A stretch of DNA of 64,000 bases from Mytilus trossulus. Its lineage: Eukaryota. The stretch is from positions 60,078,001-60,142,000 of the forward strand of contig NC_086378.1 in NCBI RefSeq assembly GCF_036588685.1, in the 5' to 3' direction. Below are positions 23,503 through 36,787 of the stretch, piece after piece; the stretch's first letter is position 1, and each line of letters opens with the position of its first letter. The notes beneath the pieces were generated by a model. The model saw nothing but the letters and a program-made list of their open reading frames with translations, had not been told where the DNA came from and did no database searches. The position numbers and the translations under genes are program-made.

Positions 23503-26500
23503 ATGGAGTTCTTATGTGTATTTGTCAATCTGATTGTATTGGCTTCCACACAAACTGTAAATCCTGGTCTTAGATTAAGAATAACTCAAGATGGATTACA
23601 TTACGGTGAGTGCATTAAATCGAGACGGTTAGTATAGTTTTTAATCATGATGATTCATTGCATAAGTTTGATTTTGGGAATCGAGTGAAATAACGGGGGA
23701 AAAGTCATGTGGCACCTTCGAAAGTATCAGTTTTTTTCAAAGTGGCCTGATTTTTTAAAATTATTATCAAATAAAGCAATTCCATTCTTTAACAAAGCAT
23801 AAATTTCAAATAAGAAATCATTAACTCTCAAGTTGAAAAAAAGGAACATGGCTTTAAATATGTCGCTGTCTCTTCTATCAGTCTGGCGTTCAATAATTTC
23901 AAAGACAAACCAAAGAGCACCAAGAGAATCGTTATGTGTAGCTAAATGATGTTACTGGTGACAGTGCTATCTCTTACTCTAGCAATTAAAACTAGACCAG
24001 CCTTGGATGTTCCTCCTTTTGATGCATTCTTTGATACATTATTGAATAAGGTCTACCGTTGACTATTCGACCTTTTACAAATCAATCTTTTAACCTCCCT
24101 TAAATATATACTAAGATCCAAGAAAAGATCACCAATTATAATTTTAATAAGTGTAATCAGAAGTTAAGGGCGAGTTGTATATGTGTTACTCTTTGATGCA
24201 AAAAAGGTCGCCGTAATATAATCGACCTTTTCCATTTTTCGAAGTCAATTTATCTAAAACGAACTAAATGTATAAATTTCACAGAGAAAATAGAATTGTA
24301 AATCAACTAAATATAAATAATGTTTGATACGAATAATTTCAAGACAATAGAAGGAAGGAAATTTGATTTCTCGATGACCTTGACTTTTATTAAAATATAT
24401 CATAAATAGCGGAAATATTTATATTATAAATGAATTTGCATATGGATGTTTCCAAATGAAAAAAAAATGCCAAATGAAAATTGAAACTTCAAGGAAATTA
24501 CAATAGCAAAAAAGTTTAATATCATTTTCAAAAGTATAATCAAGTTAGACAAAACAGAGATATATAATATACTTGTATTATATGCCTCTGGACAAAAGTA
24601 ACAAAAAACGGAAAGTGAAACATGAAAGAAAGGAAACATTCAACCGAAAGTGTTTACGTAAGATGTAAAAGGTCTAGTTTACACCAAAACAGGAAAGTAA
24701 AAAATAATAATAATTGGAATACAATGGACAGAATAGCGAGCGGATTATATTGATGATTTACTGTTATTTATTTAATTAACGAAACGGTAAAACTGTTCAA
24801 TTGGTTCGCAAATATATATGCTTAACAACCATTTTCAATTCTTATGCATACACCTTTTTTTGTTGATTCGCATTCCTTTTTCATTGATAAGCATGTGCTA
24901 ACTATTTGTTTTTAATTGGAATTAAATAATGCCAAACACTATCGATTATCAATGATTCGCATATGCCGATTCTTTTTATTCATACCCATTTATATATACC
25001 AAACAATCTTTTGTATTGATTCGCATACGCCACACACTTGATATTTTTCATTGATTCGCATACGCCACACACTTGGTATTTTATTGAAAATGTTTTTTTT
25101 TATTGAATCGCATATGCCACACCCTTTTTTTTTGTTGTTATTATTGATTCGCATACCCACACACACATATATTGTTTTTTTTTATTCGCATACGCCAAAC
25201 AGTCAATTTGATGTTGATTTGCCTTTATATATTGTACTAACTGTTGTTGTCAAGCATACGAGCTTCCAAATTTCAATGTCAGCTGACCTCCATCAGTAAC
25301 AAAAAAAGTAATAGATATTCAGAAATACAATAAGTTGAAGTCCTATTTCTTACGCAAGTAATAAAAGGCATTATACAGTTATTTGTTTGGAAAAAAAAAT
25401 GGAAAACTGGCCTGCAGACAAATACATGCGTTTCCCTTGCCTATCAAACTTATCAAAACCCGATTCAGATAGTCATAATGGTAAAAATGATAGTAAAGTA
25501 ATTATAATAAGCAATTGTTTTGTTTTTAGCGAATAAGGTGGCTGTAGATACTTTTGCTAAAGATATAAAGCGCACAAGACTAGAAGATATCACTGGAAAC
25601 GTAAAAGGCGTCCAATACAGTCTTACCAAGTATGTCAACTCTAATAACAATAATTTGATTGTTAAAAAAATCACGTTAACAACAAAGATATACACATCTA
25701 GAGTAGTTCATACTTCTTCTTACTGCTTTTTGTACGAATATAATTGTCCCGACTCCTTTATTTACTTTTTGAAATCAGATATTGATAATACTTTTTTTTT
25801 AAAGATATATATTTGCCTAATGAGTATATAATTCAAAACCCAACTGAAACTAAATAGACATTATGTTGTAAAACATTAATATCTAGAGGTCAACTTACAA
25901 AAAACAGCTAGACAGGCAATTTGCCAAGAAAAGAAAAGTTGTGAATACACACAAAATGGACTATCGAAGACCTATGAACATTAAAAACATTTTATCAAGA
26001 AAAACTAAGACACTGTGACAAATAAAGACAAGTAGCGAGGTTCCTACATGTATCTAGGGACGAACCGATGGCTGTATTCAAATACATAAATTGAACACTC
26101 AAATCAATCAATTCCGTATTATATCAGTGGATTAAATTTTAAAATGTACATTTTGCACCTGTCCTAAGTCAGGAATCTGATGTACAGTAGTTGTCGGTTG
26201 TTGATGTAATATATACGTGTTTCTCGTTTCTCGTTTTGTTTATATAGATTAGACCGTTGGTTTTCCCGTTTGAATGGTTTTACACTAGTAATTTTGGGGC
26301 CCTTTATAGCTTGTTGTACGGTGTGAGCCAAGGCTCCGTGTTGAAGGTCGTACTTTAACTTATAGTGGTTTACTTTTTAAATTGTTACTTGGATGCAGAG
26401 TTGTCTCATTGGCACTTACACCACATCTTCCTATATATATGAACACATGAGAACGAAAAAAAAATATTCAGTACCCTAATAAATTGAATTTAAGTACAGA

Positions 26501-29500
26501 ATTTTAATAATTTATGTATACTTCAAGTTTTAAGATTGCATACTTTATTTTTACCTTTTTTGATAGTTTGATAGTAAATGACTTTAAAGCACCAAAAAGC
26601 GCAATAACATTAGCGTCAGATAGTGATGTCGAATGGAAAGCTACTAAACTTGGATTAAAAATTGATGGAACATTCAGATATATATTGTAAGATTTTAATT
26701 TATGTTTTTATAAATGCACAAACGGGCTAATATCATAAGATTATTAGTAATAGTATAATAAATAGTTGTCACTTTTCAATAAGGTTTCTTTTTTTTTGGT
26801 TTATATAAATATAAAATATTGTAAATGTTAACTAGTAAAGTGCTCAAAAACGAAAAAAAATGTCATAAAGAGTTTAAATCTCAGGCAAAAATCACAACAC
26901 AAACAAGTAGTTAAAACTGCTGCTTAAATCACTTGTTTTTTTGTTTTTTTTACAGTTCTATGCATTGCAACTTATTACGAATATAACAGGAACTAAATTA
27001 TATCTGTAGAAGAACAAACAAATTAAACATATATCTAACAGAGGAGAATTTATCTGGGGTGCCACAATGAAAGAGCAGTAGGACAGCAAACACTAAAAAA
27101 ATCGTAAAATCGCATAAGAATAGTACGGAGACCCTTAAGTGCCAAAGATGAAATTAAAAATGTTTGTGCGTGCGACTTTAAATCTTGTGCGCACAACTTT
27201 AGATCTTCAGCGCACAACTTTTAAACTTGTGCGCACAACTTTAAATCTTGTGCGCACAACTTTTAATCTTGAGCGCACAACTTTTTAAAACTTGTGCGCA
27301 CAACTTTTTAAAACTTGTGCGCACAACTATTTTTAATTTGTGCACACAACTTTTTTAATCTTGTGCGCACAACTTCAAGTCTTGTGCGCACTACTTTTAT
27401 TCCTGTGCGCACAACTTTTTGAAACTTGTGTGCACAACTTTTTAAAACTTGTGCGCACAACTTTTAAACTTGTACGCACAATTTTTAATCTTGTGCGCAC
27501 AACTATAATTCTTGTGCGCACAACTTTTAATCTTGTGCGCACAACTTTTTTGATCTTGTGCACACAACTTTTAAACTTGTGCGCACAACTGTTAAACTTG
27601 TGCGCATAAATTGTAATCTTGTGCGCACAACTTTTTAAAACTATATATATGTTAGGGTTATTGATTGCATGATTACATGAGCGTTTTGATGCTTCTTTAC
27701 CGATCACAATGTATTGTTTTTAATGACTATATGGTTGCGTTATTTCATTGGTATGATTTGATTTCATTACTGAAGGAAATGGTTTAATGACTAACCAATA
27801 TAAAATTTCATTTGTATGGGATTACCAAAGCACAACAATGAGTGATAACATGATTTATATTTGCATCTCACCCCCTAAGAAGGACTCGATATATCTACAT
27901 CCGTGTAGAGGAGAAGGGGTGATAAGGATCAACTTTGTTACAAATATATACATAGTACCATCAAAGTATAAAACACATGCGCACAACAACTAAATATTTT
28001 ATCATGTAACATTGTCGTTATAATTCCCTAAATATGAAGTTGTGTTTGTTTTGCACTCGATGTTTACCAGAATCTAGATATTTTCAACGATGAAATAAAA
28101 GCAGGCAAACATTGACTTAGTATCGGATAGATGCATATTTTCTCCAATTAGATATAAAGAAAGAAGATGGGGTATTGTTGCCAATGAGAGAAACATGACC
28201 TTGTGCAAGACCTATATATTTTCCATGTGCTTCATTTAAGATATGACTGCATTATCATTGTTAATTCTAATTTCTAGAGAATATCTTTAAATTGTTTGTA
28301 TATTGATAACTTTTTTAATGCTTTGTCCTCATAAATGCTGGTACCCAAAAATCACTGGGCATTGATTATCAAAACATGACTGGGGCTTATTGACGTCACT
28401 AGCTCACATGGTCCTTCTGATAACAGCTTAACTGTTCGAATTAGCTACAATGCAAGACAATGCAGTATATGTTTATCCTTATGATTTATTTACAAAATAA
28501 TACAGTCACGTAGAAGGTTCCTTGCTTGATTAATTAGCAAATGAAAGAAATATTGACATATATGACTTATAGTTTTGTGGACAGTTTAAACAGTCGCACG
28601 TTCAAGTCTACTTTAAACGTTGTGCGTTCAAATCAAAAAGGTGTTTCAAAAAATTGTGCGCACAAGTTGAAAAAAGTTATGCGCACAAGATTCAAAGTTG
28701 TGCGCACAAGTTCAAAAAAGTTGTGTGCACAAGTTTTGAAAAGTTGTGCGCACAAGTTTTAAAAAGTTGTGCGCACAAGATTAAAAGTTGTGCGCACAAG
28801 ATTTAAAGTTGTGCGCACAAGTTTAAAAGTTGTGCCCTCAAGTTTAAAAGTTGTGCCCTCAAGTTTAAAAGTCTCGCGCACAAATATTTTTAATTTCATC
28901 TTTAGCACTTAAGGGGCTCCGTAGAATAGACAAGATTTTTTTGTGTATTGGTATAATTTTATTGGTAAAATGTCAGTCGTTGAACACATTGGCTCATTTG
29001 ATGCAAACAAATCTTCAGATACCAGCAGTTATAGACAATAACGAGGAAAACCCCATTGTAAGCGGCTCTATAAGGCCCGACATTAATACTATGAAAGATT
29101 TGAATTGAGAAAACTAACGGCATTATTTATAGCGTAATACCATGCATTTTCCTCATATAATATAATAATTTTTTATTTGATATATTTATCGATCTATTTT
29201 CAGCCTTTTTATTAAAGGAAGGGGCGATTTCACAGTTAAAGCGTCAGACCTCTCATTTGCTGTTGGAATTCAAATCGGTAATGCAGTTTGATGTATTTAA
29301 GTTTATAATTTCATGTTCACAACTTTCTTCTGACAAGGTTTTTTCCATATGCTATGATCTTGCTTTTTCGTAAATTTGTATTCTAAAATCCTGTAGGGGT
29401 AAATGCACAACTAATTAATGCTCCAGTCGTTATAAACAAATGTAATTAACAATTCAATCAATAAATCTGTTGGACTGATTCATGTACAAAAGAATAAACG

Positions 29501-32500
29501 AAGAACAAAATATAAACACAAAAACAAACATCAAGCCTTTTATAGCTGACTATATGCGGTATGGGCTTTGCTCATTGTTGAAGTCCGTACGGTGACCTGT
29601 AATTGTTAATGTTTGTGTCATTTTGGTCTTTTGTGGATAGTGAATAGTTGTCTCATTGGCAATCATACCACATCTTCTTTTTTATATCAACCACTGAGTT
29701 AAAGGCTTTTGACTGGGAAAAAAACACATACATATTGGGGCGGGGTTAATATAAAAAAGAAGATGTGGTATGATTGCTAATGAGACAAATATCAACAAAA
29801 GACCAAAATGACACAAACATTAACAATTATAGGTCACCGTACGGCCTTCAACAATGAGCAAAGCCCATACCGCATATAGTCAGCTATAAAAGGCCCCGAT
29901 AAGACAATGTAAAACAATTCAAGCGAGAAAACTAACGGCCTTACTTATGTAAAAAAAATGAACGTTTTGTCTTTTTTCAGGGGTGGATACCAATGGAAAA
30001 CCAACTATTCAAACAACGTCATGTGACTGTAAAATTGGTCCACTTCAAATCAAATTCAAAGGCAAAAGAGCATGGATTTACAACATATTAACATCATTAG
30101 CTTCAAACGCTATTGCAACAATGTTACAGAAAAAAGTAGGTAACACGAAAAACAAATATTTAAATGTATATAGGATGAAATACAATTATCTCAAAATGAC
30201 ATGTCGTGTAGGAATACAAGTTACAAATATGCAACGATTTTGTTTAGAAACTTTCATACTTTCAATTTTAACAAAGTTTGAAAAATATAATAATGACCAT
30301 GATAATAATAAAACGAATAGGAAATTTACTCTACCTATGAGTTTTACTTCGGTAAATACTGTCATCTTAATTACTCTGACTAAAGGAAATTTTATTTCCT
30401 AAATGTTCATTAATTATAATGTGTACACTTGATTTTAGGTGTGCGAAAAAGTAAAAGACGTTCTAGACAAGAAGGCAGAAGAGGAACTGTGTTCATTTCA
30501 AGGTAAATTGTCTGTCTGACTATTATGATACCTGTACATATGCTCCAAGTGTATATTGTATTTAGACATGCACTTTTACCTCACTTGACGTTTTAACCTG
30601 CAATGTTATAAAAACAGATCCTAAAACATTAATTGCATTACAGATTATTTTTCATAGTAAATAAATAGTGGTAGCATTTGTGAACTTATTGTTTGTTCAG
30701 TCACATTTCATGAATTCTTGATAATTCACTATATATTTTTGTTTTTCTAATGTTTATTTCGATGGTCTTAGGAGTTGCTCTTTTCATATTGTTCTTACCT
30801 GAAAGGAGAAACAGAGCAGTTTCAAAGTTGCCTCAAGTAGAATGCATTGTTGCCTAAAACGATATTGAAAGTATTAAATTGAAATCTGAAACAAAACCAA
30901 TAATGACACTTCCACTTTCTTCGCTTTATTTTTGATAAAAATAAGGAGTGTCGTGGTGTAATGTTAAAAAATAATATACTATTATACCCTTTTTTACTGT
31001 CAGACTTTCAATGCTATATCTTAACTGTTTGTAACAATACTGAATAAAGTACTTTTACAGCTGAGGTACAGTTGGGAGAACATTTGACTCTGGATTACAG
31101 ACTCCTGTCAGCTCCTCATATAACATCAGAATATATCGAAGGGGATTTCAAAGTTAGTACATGTATATCAAATCTACAGCTCTAAATTTTTGAAGTCCAG
31201 TTTATACAGCACTAAAACTACCCGATATTACCCGTGTTCATTACTTTAGAAAACGTACAAATAATTTCTTACTGAGGTTACGTATAATGTTGATTATTTA
31301 AAAAAAAAAAAACCCGAGAAGATATAAGATTAACTATCTTTCAGACTTCAAATTGATTGCAATATAAGTTTTCGACAATTTTAAACATTTCACAGTCGTA
31401 CATCATAATATGGCACACATACATGTAGTACAGCTGTGTTAAAAAAACAAACAATCATGCAACAGACAACATAAACAAGTTAATGTTAACGTTTTCCAAT
31501 GGATAGAGATTAAATTACGTGTGTTGGCTTTTTCATCAAGTGCGCTGAATGCAATAATATGTGCAGAGCACACTGGAATATTAAATTTTAGATAATATAT
31601 TGTTGATATGATTTATATATAAATGACCTGCACTGTCTTTTATAGGGAGAGGTATTCTGGACAATGAACCGGACAGAAGCACCATTCGCCCCGTCTCAAA
31701 TGGCTACCATCACGGACAATAAGAAGATGGTTTACCTTACGGTATCCGACTATATTTTCAACTCTTTAGGATACCAAGCACATGCGCATGGGCTGTTGGT
31801 GTATAATCTAACGTCTCAAAAAGTATGTAAATGATACGATTAACTTATTCGAAAAATTTGCATTGAATGTATTTGAGTTTTTAATTGACGAAATTCAAAA
31901 TAAATTCGTATTATTATTTTTTTTTCAATATGAAATGATAAACAAAACATGTAGAACATTGAAAAAAAAATGCGATTTTACTTGAAATTTAGAACGTAAA
32001 TATAACTACTCTTGAACATTGATGTAGTGAAACTGTTAGGAATGGATATTTATTAATAGGGGGGGGGGATCAACAGCCAGAAAAAGCTATAATTTATTGC
32101 ATTTCTTTATCTCAAAGTCCATTGGTGCATTCACACTTTTTTAACACTTCATACAAGTTTCAGCACATAGAAAAAGCGTATGCGTTACTGAGAGTTTAAA
32201 GAAGGATCATCATATGTCTTTCTTAAAAAATAATATTCAAGATCTTTATGCATGTATGTTTCATTTAGATGAGAGGGGATGGCGATCTACTCAACACCAC
32301 ATGTGCTGATACCTGTATCGGAAAACTTATTCCACAGGTAAATATTTTTAAGAACAACACCCTTTTTCCTCCTATATTTAAAACAGATTTTTACATTTTT
32401 TCTAATATGTTTTGCTGTGACATCAATGTCCGTGGTTTTGACAGGGTTGTGTCCACACACACTCATGTTTATCTCTGTATACCACATACTTTATTTCCGA

Positions 32501-35500
32501 CATCAAGATCCTAAAATGTCTTGGTTGTCGTTGGTTGCTGTTTGTTATACTTATGTTTTGTTTATTGTTAAACTTTAATCATGCAGTGTTTCTGTTTAAA
32601 TTATACATGTCGTCATGGTAGGTCTATTCATTTAGAGCTTATTATATGGTAGTGTGTTTTTCTCATTGTTTAAGGTCGTGCGATGACTTATATTTGCTTA
32701 GTACCTACACGTTCATTTGTCTGTTGTGAATAGTTCACACATTATACCTTGTTGTTAACATTATATTTTACTGATCCCATGACGAACTATAAAATTCATA
32801 AATTATTATATTTGCATTAGTCATTGTTAGTTACGCAAATGAGTTATCATTTTTTTTTATCATAGATACATGTAGCAGCAAGTTTTGTTTCTTTGATACA
32901 TTTTTCTTTTTGTCATATACTATTTATTCTTATAATGATATGATGAAATACTCGTTTTAGATAGGACAGTTATACCCAAACAGTCAAGTGGAAATACATC
33001 TACAGAGCACTGACTGGCCTCGAGTCTTCATTACTGAAAAAGCTGTACAAATTCTGAGTAAAAGCAATGTTACATTTTCTGCAAGAAAACCAGACAACAC
33101 CCTTCACTTTATGTTTCGAATTCATGCGGTAAATATAATTTTATTGAAATATACATACAATACATGTTAACTTGTAGTTTACATTTGAAATTGTCTAAAA
33201 TGGCATACAATTAGTGCGCACTACAAAAACCTGAAACTGATATCAGCAGTGAGGCTACTAAATAGTACGTTATACACTGCTATGCAGTTCTTCGTAAACC
33301 CCAGCAATGAATTGATGTAATACACATCATACTGACCAAAAGGCGTTAAAACAATAATTCTTTCTAAATTCTGAGAAACTGTTAAATACGCATCTAGAAA
33401 ATTTTAACATTCCCTACGTTGTTTTGAATCGATGACAGTATTTATATAGCTATAACTACCAATATACCGATTCCTATTTTTTTGGCGTATACGTAAGCAT
33501 GGTTTTTTTTGCATTCATCCCTATACATGTATATCTTCTTATATCTATATACATGTACTTGTTCCAACAGGTAACGATGGCTTCAGTAAAAGTTAAATTG
33601 AATGGTGATGCTTTATCTGGTTCAATCGACTACATAAAGTAAGTACGACATTTTAATTATTTTATTAATACAAGTGTGGACACAGATATGTGAGGATAGT
33701 GAGTGTTAAGTTTTTATTTACTCGCATTTGATATTTAGATATAGGAAGATGTGGTATGAGTGCCAATGAGACAACTCTCCATTCAAATTACCATATTTAT
33801 AAAAGTAAACCATTATAGGTCAAGATACGGTCTTCAACACGGAGACTTGTGTCACACAGAAAAGCAAGTTATAAAGGGCCTAAAACATTATTAGTGTAAA
33901 ACCATTCAAACGGAAAAACCAAAGGTCCAATCGATATAAAAAACGAGAAACGAGAAAGACATATGAACCACATCAACAATCGACAACTACTGAACATCAA
34001 ATTCCTAAATACTAGTACATCTCGGACCACATCGAAAGAAGATAATTCCTACATAGTAAACGCGACCCGAGTTTGCTAAATAGTAACAGCAAGCATTATT
34101 TGCAAGAGTTTATATTTAGCATTGTTTTTGTCGTCTCACATATCATTATTATATATTATTTTCCGCTTTTTTTTCTTTTCATTTTCATTCTTTTAGGAAC
34201 GATCGAGAATAAAAGTATTTTCGATACATAAACTCCCTATAGTGTTATCGGGTATAATTTTTAACCAAAATATATTGTTTCGTACCATCAGTCTATTTCA
34301 CCACATAATTGCCGTCAACTTAAAGTTTTCGAAAGTGTATGTTTGTACGATATATTGCTGAACGAATGATTTTTTTATTTTTTTCAGGGTCGAGACAAAT
34401 GTTACAAACTCGTTAATAGGAGATATTGATGTGAGTATCTGAATAATTTTTAAAGTTCTTATAAAAATTATAAAATGAGCTCGAACGATCGAATTCATAA
34501 TCAAATATCAAAAATCATATATTATCATAATTTCAAAATCAATGACTATTAAATCCCAAATCTTAAGCATAAGTAATAACTCAGTTTGTAAAACTCTGTA
34601 AACATAGTGATAAACGTTTCCTATAATAAATCATAAAGGGGGTAGGGGGTCTACAAAAAAAGAATCGAGAAGATTCTTAAACCTTTTGACTATTTTAATT
34701 ATCAGATTATTTACATACGTCAGAATCTTGGTTAATACAATTATGAATTAAAGTTCAAATTTTGAGGTAAAATATTTCTTAACCAGATATAGAAATTATA
34801 TATATATATTGAAAAGTTCTATTAACATGCACTTATGAGTGTTTTCCCATAATATGCTATGCAATAGGAATATACTAATACACCATTCACATGTCTGTGT
34901 TTTAGGAGACAACATTCCAGCTTCTAGTTGATGACGCTGTAAAAAAAGTTATCAAGCCAATGATAAACGGTATGGATCTTTCCATAACTATTCAAACATT
35001 ACTTCGTACCTAATTCGAGTCCGTAAAACACTTTGCGTTTATTTGGTTCAAAAGAACGAGTATTTATTTCACAATTCACAATTTACAGAATTGTTGGTGC
35101 TTATCGCCACTTTCGGCAATGTCTCTTGCAAACATGTACATGCATATTATTTTAAAATACATGTAATTCAAAAGATAATATTTAAGCCTTATTCAAACGA
35201 TTTAAAATAGGAATTGCGTGGCCTTTGTTGTTTATAACCGGTCCCGACATTAATACGCCTATTTTCAGAATAGTTGCACACTTTTATAATGAGATAATAA
35301 ATGTATGATGATGATCGTTTTACAATAAATAAATTGTTAATTATTTTTCTATTCTTTCTTTTTCACTTAATGTGTAGCATGACCGTGACTATGTTTTGCC
35401 TTTGTTCCAAAATGACAACCAGTGCTTTCAGCATTATTGCATTTTTCCTATCTGACCATACGAAGACCTGTGCATTTTCTCATGTTCTTTGATCTTCGTT

Positions 35501-36787
35501 TTCATTAGCAGTCAAGTATCACAAAATATATAGGAAGATGTGGTATGGGTGTCAATGAGACAACGCCATGATAGTTTTAAACAAGATCTGTATTTAAAAT
35601 CATATTGTTTTTTATACTAGCAATTTTTCTGAAATCAAGAGACCGAATATTTCATTATTATATTGTCATATTACAAATCGAATTACTTTTCGCAAATCCA
35701 TGTACATTTATAATTGTTTATGATTATTTATAATTAATACGTGTTTTCTTTTAAACAGTTTATCTGAAAGATGTAGGGATCCGATTGCCAACTACGGACA
35801 ATTTACAGTTCAAAGATGCAAAGATTGAACTTCTTACGGTAAGTTAAGAGCTAGTATATCTTATGCAACCGCTCAGAATATGCCCTATAATAATTCAAAT
35901 AATGTATGTATTAGCTTTACCTGCATGGCTAACGACATGAAAACTTAAATAAACTTAAACAAATACAACAACCTAAAACACATGTTGAGAGTACTTTTTT
36001 AAAAATCGTATGGAAACAGATTTGGTCTTTAAATATCAATTCATGTTAATAAAAATGTTGATAAAATACACGTTAAAAACGTTGAAGAATAAGATTTGGT
36101 TAGAACTACAACCAAAACATTTTCATATTTCATGTAATCTATTGATGTGCAAAATTAAAAAAAAAAATACGCACTGTAAACACCGACGATGTTCTGAGTG
36201 AGATGGCAGATTTTAAACCGTATACATGTAAGAGAATTTATCGCTATTTTGCGAAATCTCACTTTTATATTAATTACTGACTGATAAATTATTTTCTCAG
36301 TACAGTATAGTGATATTAAAAATTATCGTCAATGAAATTAATAACGCCGACATCGGTAAAAATAGCGATAAACAGATTATCATGCATTAGTCATCTCAAC
36401 TCGATTGCTTTTCTCGCTTTCGACGTACCGGCTCAAGCGAGAAGATCAACGAAAATCTATAATTATTGTACATATGCAAGTGAATGGACGATACACACTT
36501 TTGTCAATTGAGCACAGCAAACTAATTCATATTTCATATGTATGGTGTCGGTCTAAATTAACTTTTTACAAAGACAAATATTTAGTTGACCTCCTCAGTG
36601 GGCGATCAAGAGAACAATGAACACATTTGATCTTATGTCCTGATTATATCTATGTTTATTTTAGAACACAATCCTTATTGAAACAAATGTAAAGATCACT
36701 CCGAACATCAAACAGATGAAATCGACAGTTCTTAAGTACAAACCCATGGTTGGCAGACAAGATATAAAAAACAGGTTCCGTCTGTGA
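23503..36787 (+). CDS. BPI/LBP-family protein (bactericidal permeability-increasing / LPS-binding protein), paralog 1; 15 exons, 499 aa
   Basis: Exons 23503-23605, 25530-25629, 26567-26686, 29204-29277, 29981-30135, 30439-30502, 31061-31152, 31646-31822, 32269-32337, 32961-33128, 33571-33638, 34388-34430, 34906-34969, 35759-35838, 36665-36787 (sum 1500 nt, no internal stop). Signal peptide then NPGLRLRITQDGLHY; GKPTIQTTSCDC, AWIYN, VCEKV, LDYRLLSAP, KMVYLTVSDYIFNS, IPQIGQLYPN, GIRLP. AATAAA at 36866-36871. Confidence 0.93.
24860..25225 (+). repeat. Degenerate minisatellite (TTGATTCGCATACGCCACACAC-like, ~30-40-bp period) in intron 1 of BPI/LBP paralog 1
   Basis: TTGATTCGCAT(A) variants recur at ~24863, 24953, 25016, 25052, 25103, 25144, 25184. 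Confidence 0.7.
27124..28923. mobile_element. Foldback-type DNA transposon with TACGG...CCGTA termini, 6-bp TSD and inverted ~20-bp satellite arrays (intron 3 of BPI/LBP paralog 1)
   Basis: GAATAG|TACGGAGACCCTTAAGTGCCAAAGATGAAATTAAAAAT ... ATTTTTAATTTCATCTTTAGCACTTAAGGGGCTCCGTA|GAATAG; ~22 units of AAACTTGTGCGCACAACTTT at 27165-27635 and ~11 inverted units at 28650-28885 around a ~1-kb spacer with no transposase ORF. Confidence 0.9.
36340..36460 (+). repeat. Interspersed repeat shared with ~43840-43950
   Basis: GGTAAAAATAGCGATAAACAGATTATCAT...CTCAACTCGATTGC.TTTCTCGCTTTCG...CCGGCTCAAGCGAGAA in both. Confidence 0.75.

Noticed and set aside
27165-27635. CRISPR-like array of palindromic repeats
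   Set aside because: No unique spacers (only short A/T linkers), eukaryotic intron context and no cas genes; the same applies to 39925-40880.
27340-28762. ORFs with CAQL/VRTT repeats
   Set aside because: Translations of the TTGTGCGCACAA satellite arms of the foldback element.
36776-36787. C-terminal FRL of paralog 1 as a peroxisomal PTS1
   Set aside because: Non-canonical first residue, the protein has a signal peptide, and paralog 2 ends differently.
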